From assembly GCA_048128005.1 (NCBI GenBank), contig JBEUKZ010000032.1:1-64000 (forward strand): a DNA stretch of 64,000 bases, read 5' to 3'. Origin of the DNA: Veleropilina oligotropha (Eukaryota). Within the stretch, counting starts at the first letter, position 1; each line of letters starts with the position of its first letter. The notes under the pieces are model-generated. The model was not told the origin of the DNA and searched no databases. It saw nothing but the letters and a program-made list of their open reading frames with translations. The position numbers were made by a program, and so were the translations under genes. Below are positions 24,087 to 37,160 of the stretch, in pieces.

Positions 24087-25406
24087 CCGCCGCCACCACC
24101 ACCGCCGCCGCCGCCGCCACCACCACCACCACCACCACCTTCTTACACCCCATTTCAGTTACAACATCCCTTTACATTGACTGTCTCAGGCCCGACATCA
24201 TCTGGAAAGACTTACTTAGTTAAAAATATTTTACTTCATGCCCTTATCTCTCCTGCACCACAAAGAATTATTTGGTTATACAAAAGATGGCAGCCACTGT
24301 ACGATGTCATCAAAACTAGTATTTCTGTTGAATTTATGCAAGGAATTCCACCAGACCTTGCCAATGATGAATTCTTAGATCCAAGAATAAGAAATGTTAT
24401 TGTACTGGATGACCTCATGACCAGTAAAGATGAAAGCATCACTGATCTATTCACAGAAGGCAGTCATCATAGAAATCTCTCAGTTATAGCTATTAATCAA
24501 AACTTGTATCACTCTAAAGACCCCACACAGCGAAGAAATTGTCAATACTTGATATTATTCAATAGTCCTGTTGACAAGCAACTTGTTATGACTCTGGCAA
24601 GACAAATGTATCCTGGAAGTCCAGACAAACTCATGAAGCAATTTGAAGATGCAACGAAAGAACCCTATGGCTATATACTGCTGGATTTTAAAGTGCATAC
24701 GTCTGAAATGAATCGAATTCGATCAAATGTATTTGAGAGAGATTATTTCAATGAAAAATCGAAAACGAGGCTCGCACAGACAAATGATCCAGTTATAGCA
24801 GGCGGATATAACCCATATATAAAGCAACATGTAGCAGAGATTGATCATTATTATAGCAGCAGCGAAGAGGAAGACATGATCTCCTGCAATTATTGTGGCT
24901 TATTATTTGATCATAGTTCACGCTTACAAGAGCATATAAAAGATTGGTGTCATGGAAATTCTAAAAAAAGAAAATTAGACTTGGACATAATCAATAAAGA
25001 ATCAAAAATGATTGATGAAGAATCAAAAGTGTTTGATCAACTCATGAAGTTAAGCCATGATCAAAATAAAGCACTCTTTGAAGGAAAATATGAAAGATAC
25101 ATCAAGGAAGGGTTGAACGACGAAGAGGCCGCGGAAAAAACAAACGACAAGTTATATCTTGAGGATTTAGTACAAGTCATGAATAAATATAAGGAAATAC
25201 TGTTCTACATTAAAAGATTAAGACACGGAAAAGTACATAATAAGGTGTTGGACAAAATGGATAAATACTTAGAACGTGGTCATGGTTCAAAAGCCTCTAT
25301 CAATATGGCCGTGACAAAATTACAACCTGAAATCGAAACATACTGGCAAACTGAATCTTCTGAAGGTGAAGGAGACAGCATGGAGCTGGATGAAGACAAT
25401 GAATAA
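23898..25406 (+). CDS. Polinton/Maverick-type (A32/FtsK-HerA) DNA-packaging ATPase, 502 aa, with N-terminal C2H2 finger, 47-Pro tract and C-terminal zinc finger/helical tail
   Basis: HPFTLTVSGPTSSGKT (Walker A), VIVLDDLM (Walker B), LFTEGSHHRNLSVIAINQN, LARQMYPG, PYGYILLD; CIDCLKTFSRRDVLLRHFNQKH; CNYCGLLFDHSSRLQEHIKDWC; AATAAA overlaps the stop. First in-frame ATG is 23898. Confidence 0.9.
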
Positions 25407-25600
25407 ATGTATTTAATATAATGAAAGTGATTAATAAATAATAAATATAATAATTGATTTGTTTTTATTGACAATGTCTGTGTGAAATATACTACTGAGA
25501 GAGCATAGCAGATGACATAGAAATGTCATGCGGTAAAACTAATCACTATGAATAGTATGTGTGAACATATGATTCAATGTATTTAAAGCAGCTACCAGAT

Positions 25601-25775
25601 TAACCAATCAGCGTGCGCCTCTTATCGAGCGATGGCAACAGCCAATCACAGCCATCCTCTCTGTTTCAACAGCCAATCAGCGATAACTTCCGGTCATGTA
25701 ATGATGGAAAAACCCAACAGGCTATTTATAGTAACAATGTGACTATATATAGTAACATCACGGCCGTATAAATAA
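25601..25775 (+). promoter_or_regulatory. Promoter-like cluster: 3 CCAAT boxes, Ets site, 2 MEF2-type sites, TATA; mirrored at ~20343-20517
   Basis: CCAATCA at 25604, 25642 and 25673; ACTTCCGG at 25686; CTATTTATAG at 25722; CTATATATAG at 25743; TATAAATA at 25767. Confidence 0.5.
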
Positions 25776-25913
25776 TCAGTTGACGACAATATGATCAGAT
25801 GCGTTATGAACCTTCAGCATGAACAATGACCTGCCAATATAAATATATAATTGTTTGGTGAAAAAATCGCTATATAACACTTATATAGTTCATCTAATCA
25901 TAATCACATAACT

Positions 25914-26018
25914 GCATCGGTGGGCGAGTGGTTAGCGAATCAGACACTCAACCGAGGCAGCCAGGATGGCTCAGGTTCGAGGCCAGCCGGCGGCATATGC
26001 TTCCGCTTAAAATAATAG
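25914..26018 (+). ncRNA. tRNA-like Pol III/SINE head, right-arm copy
   Basis: A-box-like TGGGCGAGTGG and B-box GGTTCGAGGCC; homologous to ~59755-59856. Confidence 0.6.
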
Positions 26019-28549
26019 ATGAAATAAATCGGGCAGATATACCGTAAACCTTGTGTTCATCTGATCAAATGGAGATGATAAACAGTCCGATATGAAATAA
26101 ATGCATCACAAACTGCATTGAAAAATATAATTATCATTATATGTTATTCATATAGGGGTAATAGAAACTGAACACAGTTGCCTCCCCCTAATTCGTTCAA
26201 TAAAATAGAGACGTTAATCGGACGTGTATATAATATGCTTCACACGTGGCTATGTAATAAATATAGCCTCGCTAACTACCAGTATATGTCATTCATATAG
26301 GTGTAATAGAAACCGTACACGGTTATCTCCCCCTAATTAGGCCGATCAAATAGAGACGTTAAACAGTCAGGTATATATATATAATAATATGCTTCATATG
26401 TGGCAATGTAATAATTATTACCTCCCTAGCTAACAGCATATAAGCTTCAAATAAGTGGTAATAGAAACCGTACACAGTTATCTCCCCCTAATTAGGCTGA
26501 TCAAATGGAGACGTTAAACAGTCAGGTATATATATATAATAATATGCTTCATATGTGGCAATGTAATAAATATTACCTCTCTAACTAACAGTATATGTTA
26601 TTCATATAGGGATAATAGCACCTGGTTAAATCACAGTTATCCGCCCCATAATTCGTCTGATCAAATGGAAATGTTAAACGGTTCAATCATAGATCTATCC
26701 CCCCTCCCGTTTTGGTTAATATGAGAGGGTATTTACTATTTATTTATCATTATATGAAAGCATTTAGGCTGATATCTGAATTTTCTTAAAAAATAACGAA
26801 TGAGTGCAAGAATGCAGGGATTATGGAAATTCCCAGCTTTACCCAAATGACATTGCGCAATCAGTTGAAATCACAGTAATGACGGATTAGTCATAATCTA
26901 TAAATAGTTACAACAAACTATATATATATATAAGCGGCATTCAGTTAATATGACAGACTGAGAGCTGTTTTTAATGCTGTATGCTGTGATCCCGTACTCA
27001 GTACTGGTCATATATTAGAGTTGAGAATTATTCATAATCGCTAATAATTAACTAATAATTCTTCATTATACCATCATTAAAAGTATATTTCGTTTTCAAA
27101 TGACATTATATCTGTTGAATCTCATCGCTATTTATTTATCTACATACCATTCTGTTATTATTGAGTATTCGCTAAATATAGCAACAAACCATATACGACT
27201 AATACGCTATCGATAGCAATTTTCCACTGATAATTCGCTGTTATGCCACCATTATAATGATTATAGATATATTTCGTATTCAAATGACATTATCTGTTGA
27301 ATTTCATCGTATATACTTACTTATAAGTCGATTTTAATCGCTTTATTCGCTTAATCCGAAACAAAGGCTTTCACGTCAACAAACATGTCGCATGACAGCT
27401 GTATACATACAAATTCGCCCAAATTGCAGACCTTCCAATATGACTCGGCAATGTCTATAGCATTGGAAAATACATTTGAATAAACACTGAACAATATAGT
27501 TCATCTAGACAGAGGAAACCTAAGGTTATACCTACCCCCGCCCCTGGGAACAGGGTTGGGTCGCCCGGGGGTATGCCCCCACCCCTGACAAAACCCCACC
27601 CCCGGGGAAATGCACAAAACTAACAGGGAAAACCTTGGGTTAAACACCAAAAACATAGGGTTAAACGACGAAAGCATAGGGTTATACTGCCCCCACACAC
27701 CCCCGGAACAGGGTGGAGTGCCCGGGGGGTATGCCCCCACCCCAATACCCCACCCCCGGGGGGAAATGCACAAAACTAACAGTGAAAACCTTGGGTTAAA
27801 TGGTGAAAGCATATGGTTATACTGGCCCCACACCCCCGGAACAGGGTGGAGTGCCCGGGGGGTATGCCCCCACCCCCAATGCCATAGATTGTCGGTTCAA
27901 TCTGCTTATACATTGTGATTTTTCTCTATATTACATCAGAATGTAACATATAATGATAGTGGATTACAGAGTTTAGTCTTAATGAATAATACTATTTGAT
28001 ATCAGATTCGGACTGGTGATATATGGGAGTTGAACAGTGTTTAGAGACATGTCCAGAACAAGACATGATCCATGACATCACAGAACTAACAAGGCATGAT
28101 CCATGACGTCACAAGGCCAAGACATGATCCATGACGTCACAAGTCCAGACGAATTTATGTGATCATCATATGGCGATTATAAAATAGAGATTATTAATAA
28201 TGCCAAATTTAAAACCGGATGGATTATTATATGATATTAGCGTTGAAATATGACCCCCATTTTAAAAAATGGACGCTATTTCTACCCGCGAAATAAAAAA
28301 CAATGGCAGACATTCGCAGAAATATGACTCATGACATCACCAGATAAAAAAAATAGAACTGAACAATCATACTAGACCAGAACAACGAAGACTATACTAG
28401 CCTATACTAGGCTAAACTAGCTAACATACTAGCTAACATAGCAGCTAACATACTAGCTAACACACTAGCTAACACACTAGCTAACACACTAGCTAACATA
28501 CTAGCTAACATAGGCGATACTAGCTAACATAGACTATACCATCATACCA

Positions 28550-28995
28550 ATTAGGGCTTGGGTTGAGGGGTTAGGGTTGACCTACTTAGGGTTAGGGTTG
28601 AGGGGTTGACCTACTTAGGGTTAGGGGGTTAGGGTTGACCCCATTAGGGTTAGGGTTAGGGTTGACCTACTTAGGGCTGACCCAATTAGGGGTAGGGTTG
28701 GGGTTAGGCAATTAGGGTTTAGCATACCAATTAAGGTTGACCCAATTAGGGTCGACCTAGTTAGGGGTAGGGTTAGGGTTAGGGTGAGGGTTGACCTACT
28801 TAGGGTTGACCTACTTAGGGTTGATGACCCAATTAGGGTAGGGCTTGGGTTAGGGTTAGCCGCCATATGGGTTGACCTACTTAGGGGCAGGGTTAGGGTT
28901 GACCTACTTAGGGTGACCTATTTAGGGTTGACCTAGTTAGGGTTGGTGACCTAGTTAGGGTTGACCTAGTTAGGGTTGACCTAGTTAGGGTTAGG
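28550..28995 (+). repeat. Outer-right telomere-like/RORE array
   Basis: (ttaggg)n with ttgacct(a/c)(c/g/a)ttaggg-type units; unit order differs from the outer-left array. Confidence 0.93.
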
Positions 28996-30534
28996 GGAAA
29001 CGCCCAAAACCTGGGGTTAGAACCCTAATCTGCCCCTCAAACCACCACACTACTACTACTCCCTGACACTAGACAAGCGTGTGAACATATGAACGTGTTT
29101 CGGTTTGTCCAATTTCAAATCACTAAAAGTTGGTCTGCGATAAATGAGGTCAACTGTAGCATGGCAACTTCCCAACTTCCTGTCTTTGATGACCATTTGT
29201 TGCATTTGTTGCATGCCGCAAAACCATTTCTGTCGTAGTCTATTTATTGTAACAATATTCAGTTTTATAAGTAAGTGTATATATAAAGTCTTTCAATGCT
29301 GCTTATAGTAATAAAAACATTGCGCGAATGACCCAAACATAGCGTGAATAACCACAACGAAATGCCATGGAAAGTAAGACTACAAAACGATGTGCAAAGA
29401 ACATGATATCCTTGGAAACGGCGCCGAAGTCTTGTCAGACGGGTTTGTTATGACAACAAACAAACTCACAGGGCACGTGGGTATAATTTCCAAAGTACAC
29501 AGTCGACCACACTTTCAAGACACATCCAAGAGTTTAGGCTAGGCCTACGATTAAATTTGGAAAGATCGTACCAACGGTGTTTTAAGGCAACTGGGAAATT
29601 TCACGAGAAGCTATATACGCTTTCGAAATTTTGTCCTTAACAGATACCAGCAGGTCTAGTTTCTTCAATAGTAAAATACGTGAGTGTTTATTGTAATGCA
29701 AAAACATACGCCATAAAGAACCACATGTTGAAATATTTGCGTAATCGCAACATGCAGTCATATATTTGTTCGCTTCGGGAAACACTTCGTGATAGTAATG
29801 TACATTTACTAATAGGAGTTTTCGATATGTTATAATTTATGACTTCAATGAAATTTTAAAGGTTCTTCACCATAAAGAATCAAAACGAAATTAACCGAAC
29901 TGCCGGTTGGTGATTTTCGGAAACGAAAAGCAACACCGGATGATGTAACGGTGAATCACGTTATGACTGCCAAGAACAGTATCACATTCTCCCAAGCAGA
30001 CACACGATTTCGCTACCGACATGCACATTAGTAAAGGTACGGACATTTGTTACTTTTTCTGACTGGAGAGTGAGGGGTTCAAGCAACGACTACAGATTAC
30101 AACATCCGTCACTTACCTGCACATGTCATGTATGCTCGTGTGATCCAATCGCGTCATGATGCGGATCGTGGTATTGAAGTATTGACGGAAGCATAGCTCT
30201 GACCGCGCGCCCTCGCGCATAAAACACGACTGGTATATTGCATATACTGAAAAAAGACAAACATTTTCATATTAATTTCACGGAAATTATGTATTGATAT
30301 TTATTGACCAATTAACAAAAACTATTTTGACACAAAAGATTGCAGAACAAAATCAAGATCATCTGGAATCCTATAGATAACTCTTTCTTTCGTTGCTACA
30401 TGATGAGTATTACATCAAACACACTGATCTGGATTTGGAAGTCCCCGACCAAGTGTTCGAATAAACTCCCGAGTGAAATGGGCGCCACGCTCTTATCCTC
30501 TACGATAACTGGCGATCTGAAGCACATACGGGGG

Positions 30535-30778
30535 GGGGGCGCTCCAACAGTCGTGTGGTTTCGATTGCAGACTCCGGAAATAACTGGCTTGATTCTGATG
30601 CCACGAACAGTATAGTGGGTTCGAATCCCGGTTGGGATTATTTGTTCAAGTTATGAATCACAGTTGTCCGTGACTGGCCGGAGATGGCTTTCCTCCCGCG
30701 ATAACACGGACATGTCCTGCCTTGAACATGATGGTTGTAAATAAACAGGATATTAAGCATCGACCCTTTTCATTCCTT
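30535..30778 (+). mobile_element. SINE family A copy
   Basis: Family motifs including gggttcgaatccc and caggatattaagcatcga. Confidence 0.72.
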
Positions 30779-33700
30779 TACTGGGGTGAACTGAACAATG
30801 TTTAATCAGTGTGGAATTGAGGAATTATCAATGTTATATCTGAACTAATACCAGAAATGGTTGACTGTTTACTTTTAATAAAGCAATTATATCAGTTTGA
30901 TTACACCAGTCGGTAGTTGATAACATTTTCACAGTAACATTTCCCCAACATTAAGTCACTGAACACGGTAACCGTCTGGACAGGCAAGGCACTAATCATG
31001 ATGATTTATAAACTTCATAGCAACTGGATCTCTTCATATTTCAGAATAAGGATATCACCTTTGCGAACTTTTTCACTTGTTCTTTGAAGATATCAATGTG
31101 CACGAAAAATAAATCGTTTCTGAAATACAACGCCGAGTTAATTTGACCAGACATTTAGGTCTTTCATTGAAAACAGAGCTCGTGATATTTGACTCTTTCC
31201 GAAAGCAGAGAAGATATTCAGACATATTGCGGCCTCTCCGTTCCAGGAACAACACCCTAAATATCGTCTGCTGGGGCTCCATTCTTCAGCTGTCTTGAGT
31301 TGCTGACCGCGAACATCGTCTGCGTGTATCCTTCGGGGAGATCACTTAAATCGGAGTAAAGACATACTGGAGATGACTGGAGTAAGCACGTGGACTTGAA
31401 TAGTTCTAAGTCGCAAAGTGAAACACGTGTAGACAATACGGATCACATAGAGAATCATTGATCACTGAATGCCTCTAATACATCGTTGATTTGAGCAGCA
31501 TTTACAAAAACCACTTGTCACAGCGGTCAGGAAATTAAGGCAATAATGATAGTTGGCTGATGCATTCGTGTAAACTAAATTTTTAAACGGATAATATGCC
31601 ATTACCAAACACGCGATAGACGAATACAATACGTGGCCATGGGTTACAATTATTTAAACCTTTGATTTACGCCAAGAAAAGCGGAAATTAATATATATGA
31701 GCGCCATGATGGCTAACAGATTGAAGACAAGATCATACACATGATTGGTGTCTTTAGATTATACGCAACTTGAAAATATCGTAATTGGTACGTAAATATT
31801 TAACATTTTAAACAACATCGACAAAATCCAGGGCCCGGTGCCATGTCCGTAAATACGGCAAGGCTCAATATACCATGTTATTTCAACAACTTTGAGTCTA
31901 ATTTTATACACTGGGGCCTGTGTTCAATTGCCAAAATGATGCTTCTGGTTTTATGTGTGCTATTGTATCTTGCTTCCCGTGTATCTAAATCTCGGCCAGG
32001 TCGGTCCGTCTGCTAACAAGAACGCTGGCCAGGTCGGTCCGTCTGCTAACAAGAACGCTGGCAGCCAGACTAGAAAAGATGCCCCGATCTTATGAAAATA
32101 GTGTCGAGTGTCGCCGATATAGGATCTCGAAATAACCGGTAAATTCGACACTTTGTGCAGCCTGCATGCAGAGAAGTCTGTGAAATACGGTACGTGAACA
32201 GATAGCGATGGCATCCGTGCCGTGTTGTTCCAGACTGGCTGCCTTTCATCGCGGCGACACCAGCATGCGATAGACACAAATAAAATGGCGGAAGGCATCT
32301 CATTAGAATTATTTATATTTCACTGATTTGCCACTTCCGACATATCATTTCTGTTACTGAACAGACATACACACACATGTATTATATTTACCTACTAGAG
32401 CAAAAGATTTGGATTAGTGTCATCGTTGAAGAAGAACAGAATTTTTCATTTATACATAAATGCTTTCATGGACCTGTAGCTTGTTAATCTAGGTAAAATT
32501 GTATCTTTATTATGTCTATAAAATTTACTTTTCCAGATGATGCAGTCCTAACGCCTTTTAATGTCTCGTCACAACGTAAACACGGTATAACAAGAACGAC
32601 GCGTTCGAAATATGTCTTGACATTTCTTTGTTTCCGTCAAATTTTCAGAACAGTTATAACGTTACAGTGGCTAAGTGCAAGTACTTCATGGCTCAATTTA
32701 CTACCCCGTCGATTGTGACGTCACCAAATGACGATTAATCTAAAGCGACGTCTTAATGACGTCATTGCTATTTGCTTGCAATAATAGACATATGTTATAT
32801 ACAAACATGCATAAAAGTGCCTAATAAATGCATATTTTTGCAATATTGTGTCGCGAAAGTTATATACACGACCTACAAATACTCGTGGGAATATGTGTAC
32901 CAATTTTGGTGAAAATTGAGCCGGTAGTTTTCGAGAAAATCAGCGGATATATATATAAGTATATATGTACACACGGACCATTTGATAATGTCTTGTCCTT
33001 TTTTACAAAAGGTCAAGACATAAAAAGCAAAAAATAACGCATGCACAATAAGATGCAATTTAAACATATTGTAGATATTTTTATATTACCTTCATAAAGT
33101 TTATCATTTTCACATAGCTCGGATAATTCCGCTTGAGCGTCCCGAAGATTGACGAGTGCGACGTTTATTTGCTCTTGTCGATTTTGAGGGCATTCTTTTC
33201 TAAGATAATCTATGCAAGACATGCCGGATTTATATGCACTGAAATGAAAAAATTGGAATATATTAGACAAAATTTACTGTTATTATTAAAACATGATTTT
33301 CAATATGTATATAATGCCGACTGTATATGATATATATATATATATCTAACGAATGTTCCATATTTTCCTTTCTTTTGAGGGGGGTAAGCCAACACGGCCC
33401 ATTGGATACGGTGTTGGTTACAATCGACAGGTTGGGAATTTTTCTCATGATAGGTGTCTCTATTACACACAGCACCAATTCATTTCATCATTCAAAGTTG
33501 ATTGACCCGATTTTTGACTGAAATACTGTTGGCGTGGCCGTTACACGTCAATTCATCATCATTATCCAAGTATTTTATAAAAAACAAGACACATATAACG
33601 GAACACTAGGCTATATCAATTACGCCATGTAACATTCAATAATTGCCGCATATTTGTACAAAATAATAGGAAGTGATTGGGGTTTTCATTGAATGATATG

Positions 33701-36174
33701 ACATTTTAGGTAGATTCGCAAATATAATCAATGTAAATCTGTCCTTGAAACAAGGATGATTGAAGGCTAATATGTTATGTATGTATTCCAGGCATTCTAT
33801 AATTTACGTGCACTATATAATCCGCTATTCCTATAATTGTTTCCTGTGATTCAGGATTAATTTCATTTAATAAGCGAAGTCCGGCTTTCGGACGATAAAC
33901 AACATTTATTGGTGAGCGCCATCGACAAGAAACCTGTATCAGCAGTGGTCGTCTGCGGCGCCGTGCGCTGATTTAAATCAAATGGCTCACGAGTCGATTA
34001 CCATAATTACTAAATGTTGGGGTTAAACGTTCAGTGAATATAACTTTTATTAAATAACATGCATAATAAATCAAAATGTTACTAATTTTGTAGGTTCCGG
34101 TCACACAAAGGACAATTCGCTAGATATTGCGAAATGTTTATAGCAAGTATATACATTGTGCAAATATGTATAACACTTCAGAACCCCCAAACATGACATT
34201 GCAGGGTAACACAATATTCTGACTTCATCTATTGGAATATCGACGTTGCATGTAATCCTATAATATTGCTTTCAAGAATACGGACAACGTCTTTGAAAAA
34301 GTAATACAATGAAAACTGGTGTAATAGCAAAGAAAACATTGAAGCTGACAAGTAGCGGATATTGCCGATAGCCTAACAATTGAAAAATTGAGAGTAATGC
34401 CAATGTAAAACAAGAAATCGTCGATAATAGAAAAAATTGGACGTGGGAGCACTCCTTGTCCAGATCGGCAGTAGTAGTGCTCTGCAGGTTTGGATCGATG
34501 TAAAATTATTTAGAGTGCGTTCTGTTATGAATAATGTATATCAAGGTGGCGGTATCGAAATATCGAAGCCGTGCTCTGATTACAGTTAAGCAGTATTTTT
34601 AATGAACTTTACCTGCCAAGACAGGCTAATAATTTATTGATCATCTCACGCTGCCACTACATTCGCATGACGTTAAGAAGAACTTTCCAATAAATTGAAT
34701 TTAGCCAATGTTTGTGTTTTTTAAACCAATTTAATGCGACGTTAACCAAAAGACGCCTTCCTAATGTATTTGTCATTAGGAAAGTCATACACAACAACAT
34801 TAAATTGTTGATGAAACATTATTTTATAGATAACCAACCTTGTTTTTATAAACCCAACGGCCTTATACTGTACCGACACCATAACTGCACGTTCATGCAT
34901 ATATGTCATTGTTTGCATGACAGTGTTTACCCGTCTACAGATTATCGATGAAGTATGGAATGTATGTATAAAATGAGTAAATGGAGACTTATTCCCATGT
35001 CATACGCCTCAATGTTGTTAGGCAGAAACAAATGTGTGCAATCAGAGATTTCCCACCAAGTACTGAAGATAGAATATTGATACTCTCGTTCATGTTCGCT
35101 TCACACGAATGCATAAGTGTACATTTTGTGATAAACACTGTATAATATTTCTCTAAGAATCGGAATCAAATCTTATTATATAGCATCACTTGCACTAATA
35201 AAAAAGAAAATTGTAATTTATCAATAAAGAACTTCAGTTAATCATATTTTATATTTTATTAATATAATCTTAACATGAGGTTGTTCATATCAGCCTAAAT
35301 GTCAACTAGATATGTTTTTAATACCATTCAAATACTGAAGTCTATGGAATCGCCAGATCGATCATTGGCGACATAAGGACTGAGCAATCATTAAACGGTC
35401 CCATTCAATCAATTCCCAATTCATTCTACCGAAGGTTCATGCTGAAAGCCATTCGAATTACTGGCTAATACCATTATCAACATACGTCTATTAGTAACTG
35501 TTCATTGATAGAATCAATATGCAAGATTTCGTCAACTAGACTAAGTGTATAACAACAATCGTCTCATTGGCTGAAAACTGACTTAGGACTCTCACGAATA
35601 TATCATGTTATGCCGTTCATAATGATTTCGAAGAAGATTGGTACAGCGATTTCACTATAAGGTCAATATGAACTTTTAAAATCCTGGCTTTGAATTCAGA
35701 TATTTCTATGCAAACTCTGCAACCGGAATTGGCAATTATTGCCGCCAGTGGTCAACGACAATAAATATTAGTTTTCTGGATCCGCTCTGGACATACACAT
35801 GGCTATTTTCATGCAGTGACCGTTCTGGTGCGAGTAGATAACGATCTGTAATGGAGCAAATCACTCGCGTCTCGATTAATGATAGCGATACAGAGAACGC
35901 AACCTTATAATCCACCATTCTTGATTGTGATCGTTAATAATGAAGAGCCGAGAAGATTGATGTATGTTGTTATAGCAACGGTTAGAAAATCACCAGAAAT
36001 GTATTGTCTTGCCGACTTGTTGTTATATACCATAGAAAGAATCAAGACTACATGGCTAAGAAAGCATTACCGAATATCAATTGTTGACCTAACTGTAAAT
36101 TTGCGTCTTAAAGTTGGATAAACAAGAAGTATATCATGTACACTATTTCTTAATATATAATCTAGTCCGCTTTG

Positions 36175-36410
36175 TGTCTGCGGTATCAGTTGTAGACTCC
36201 GAAATCACTGGCTTGATTCCGATGACACGAACAGTAATGGGTTCGAATCTCGACAGGGATATGATACTATTTGTTCAGTTATGAATCACAGTTGTCCGTA
36301 ACTGGTCGAAATGGGCGGGTTTCCGCTGCGGCCTCCCTCCCGCGATAATAAGGACATGTCGCTTTGAACGTGACGAACGGTTGTAACTATACTGGACATT
36401 CCATCCTTTC
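36175..36410 (+). mobile_element. SINE family A copy
   Basis: aaatcactggcttgattccg...gggttcgaatctc...gttatgaatcacagttgtccgtaactgg. Confidence 0.72.
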
Positions 36411-37160
36411 ATTTTTTGTGTCTGTGGTGCAATATTGGAATATGCGTCAAACATTTACAATCAATCATTAATGTATTGGTTATCGTTATCATAGGTTAAA
36501 TCGTGTTGGTAACTAGATGTGCCCTATATTATACATATCCAAACGGAAAAATCATAAAACGGTTGCGTAAGGTGAGTAACGCAAACTTTGATTTTAATCA
36601 AGAACAGGAATTTTGATTTTGATCTAGAACGGTCAGAGTCACTTCTGGGGTGGGCCCACCTAAAAACCAACATTGTTTCACTATAGTTGTGAGTTAATGG
36701 CCGGATAGGGGCTAGGTGGTAGCTGTTGAATTGGTGTTAATAGCTAGGAAAAAATACATACTGGTTACGGCTGTTTATAGTTAGATACTTGGTATTGTTA
36801 ACATTACCTGCAAAACGCTCTTAACGTTTCGACATCGAGGCCGGATATCAGTGTGTGCCGGCTTTTCTGCATATTCAGGAGTTGACTGCTGTAGTCGGTG
36901 AGGCAGCCGTTTGAAAGCGTCGTCAGATCAGAAGGACATTCGCAAAGAACGTATGATATCACTACAAAATACAAAATGGAAGATTAAATAATATTCAGCA
37001 ATTATTATTTATGAAAGGGGTCCATGAAGCGCTAATTAATATAATGAATTGAAGTTCTATGTAATGATAACGGTGACTATTGGAGCTAAGTTCGTTCTCT
37101 TTTGAGTAGAGACGCTCAGGTAGTCGTGTGGTCTCGAGTGCCGATTCTGAAATCACTGGT

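Larger units (their letters stand above)
16978..29060. mobile_element. 12.08-kb palindromic non-autonomous Polinton/Maverick-related element
   Basis: AGTAGTAGTG...CACTACTACTACT termini; arms mirror each other about ~23060 (paired ORF coordinates sum to 46118-46120); encodes a Polinton-type packaging ATPase. Confidence 0.85.

Noticed and set aside
31270..31390. Possible host exon ending ATGACTGGA/gtaag
   Set aside because: Splice-like signals alone are insufficient; no recognisable protein or partner exons.
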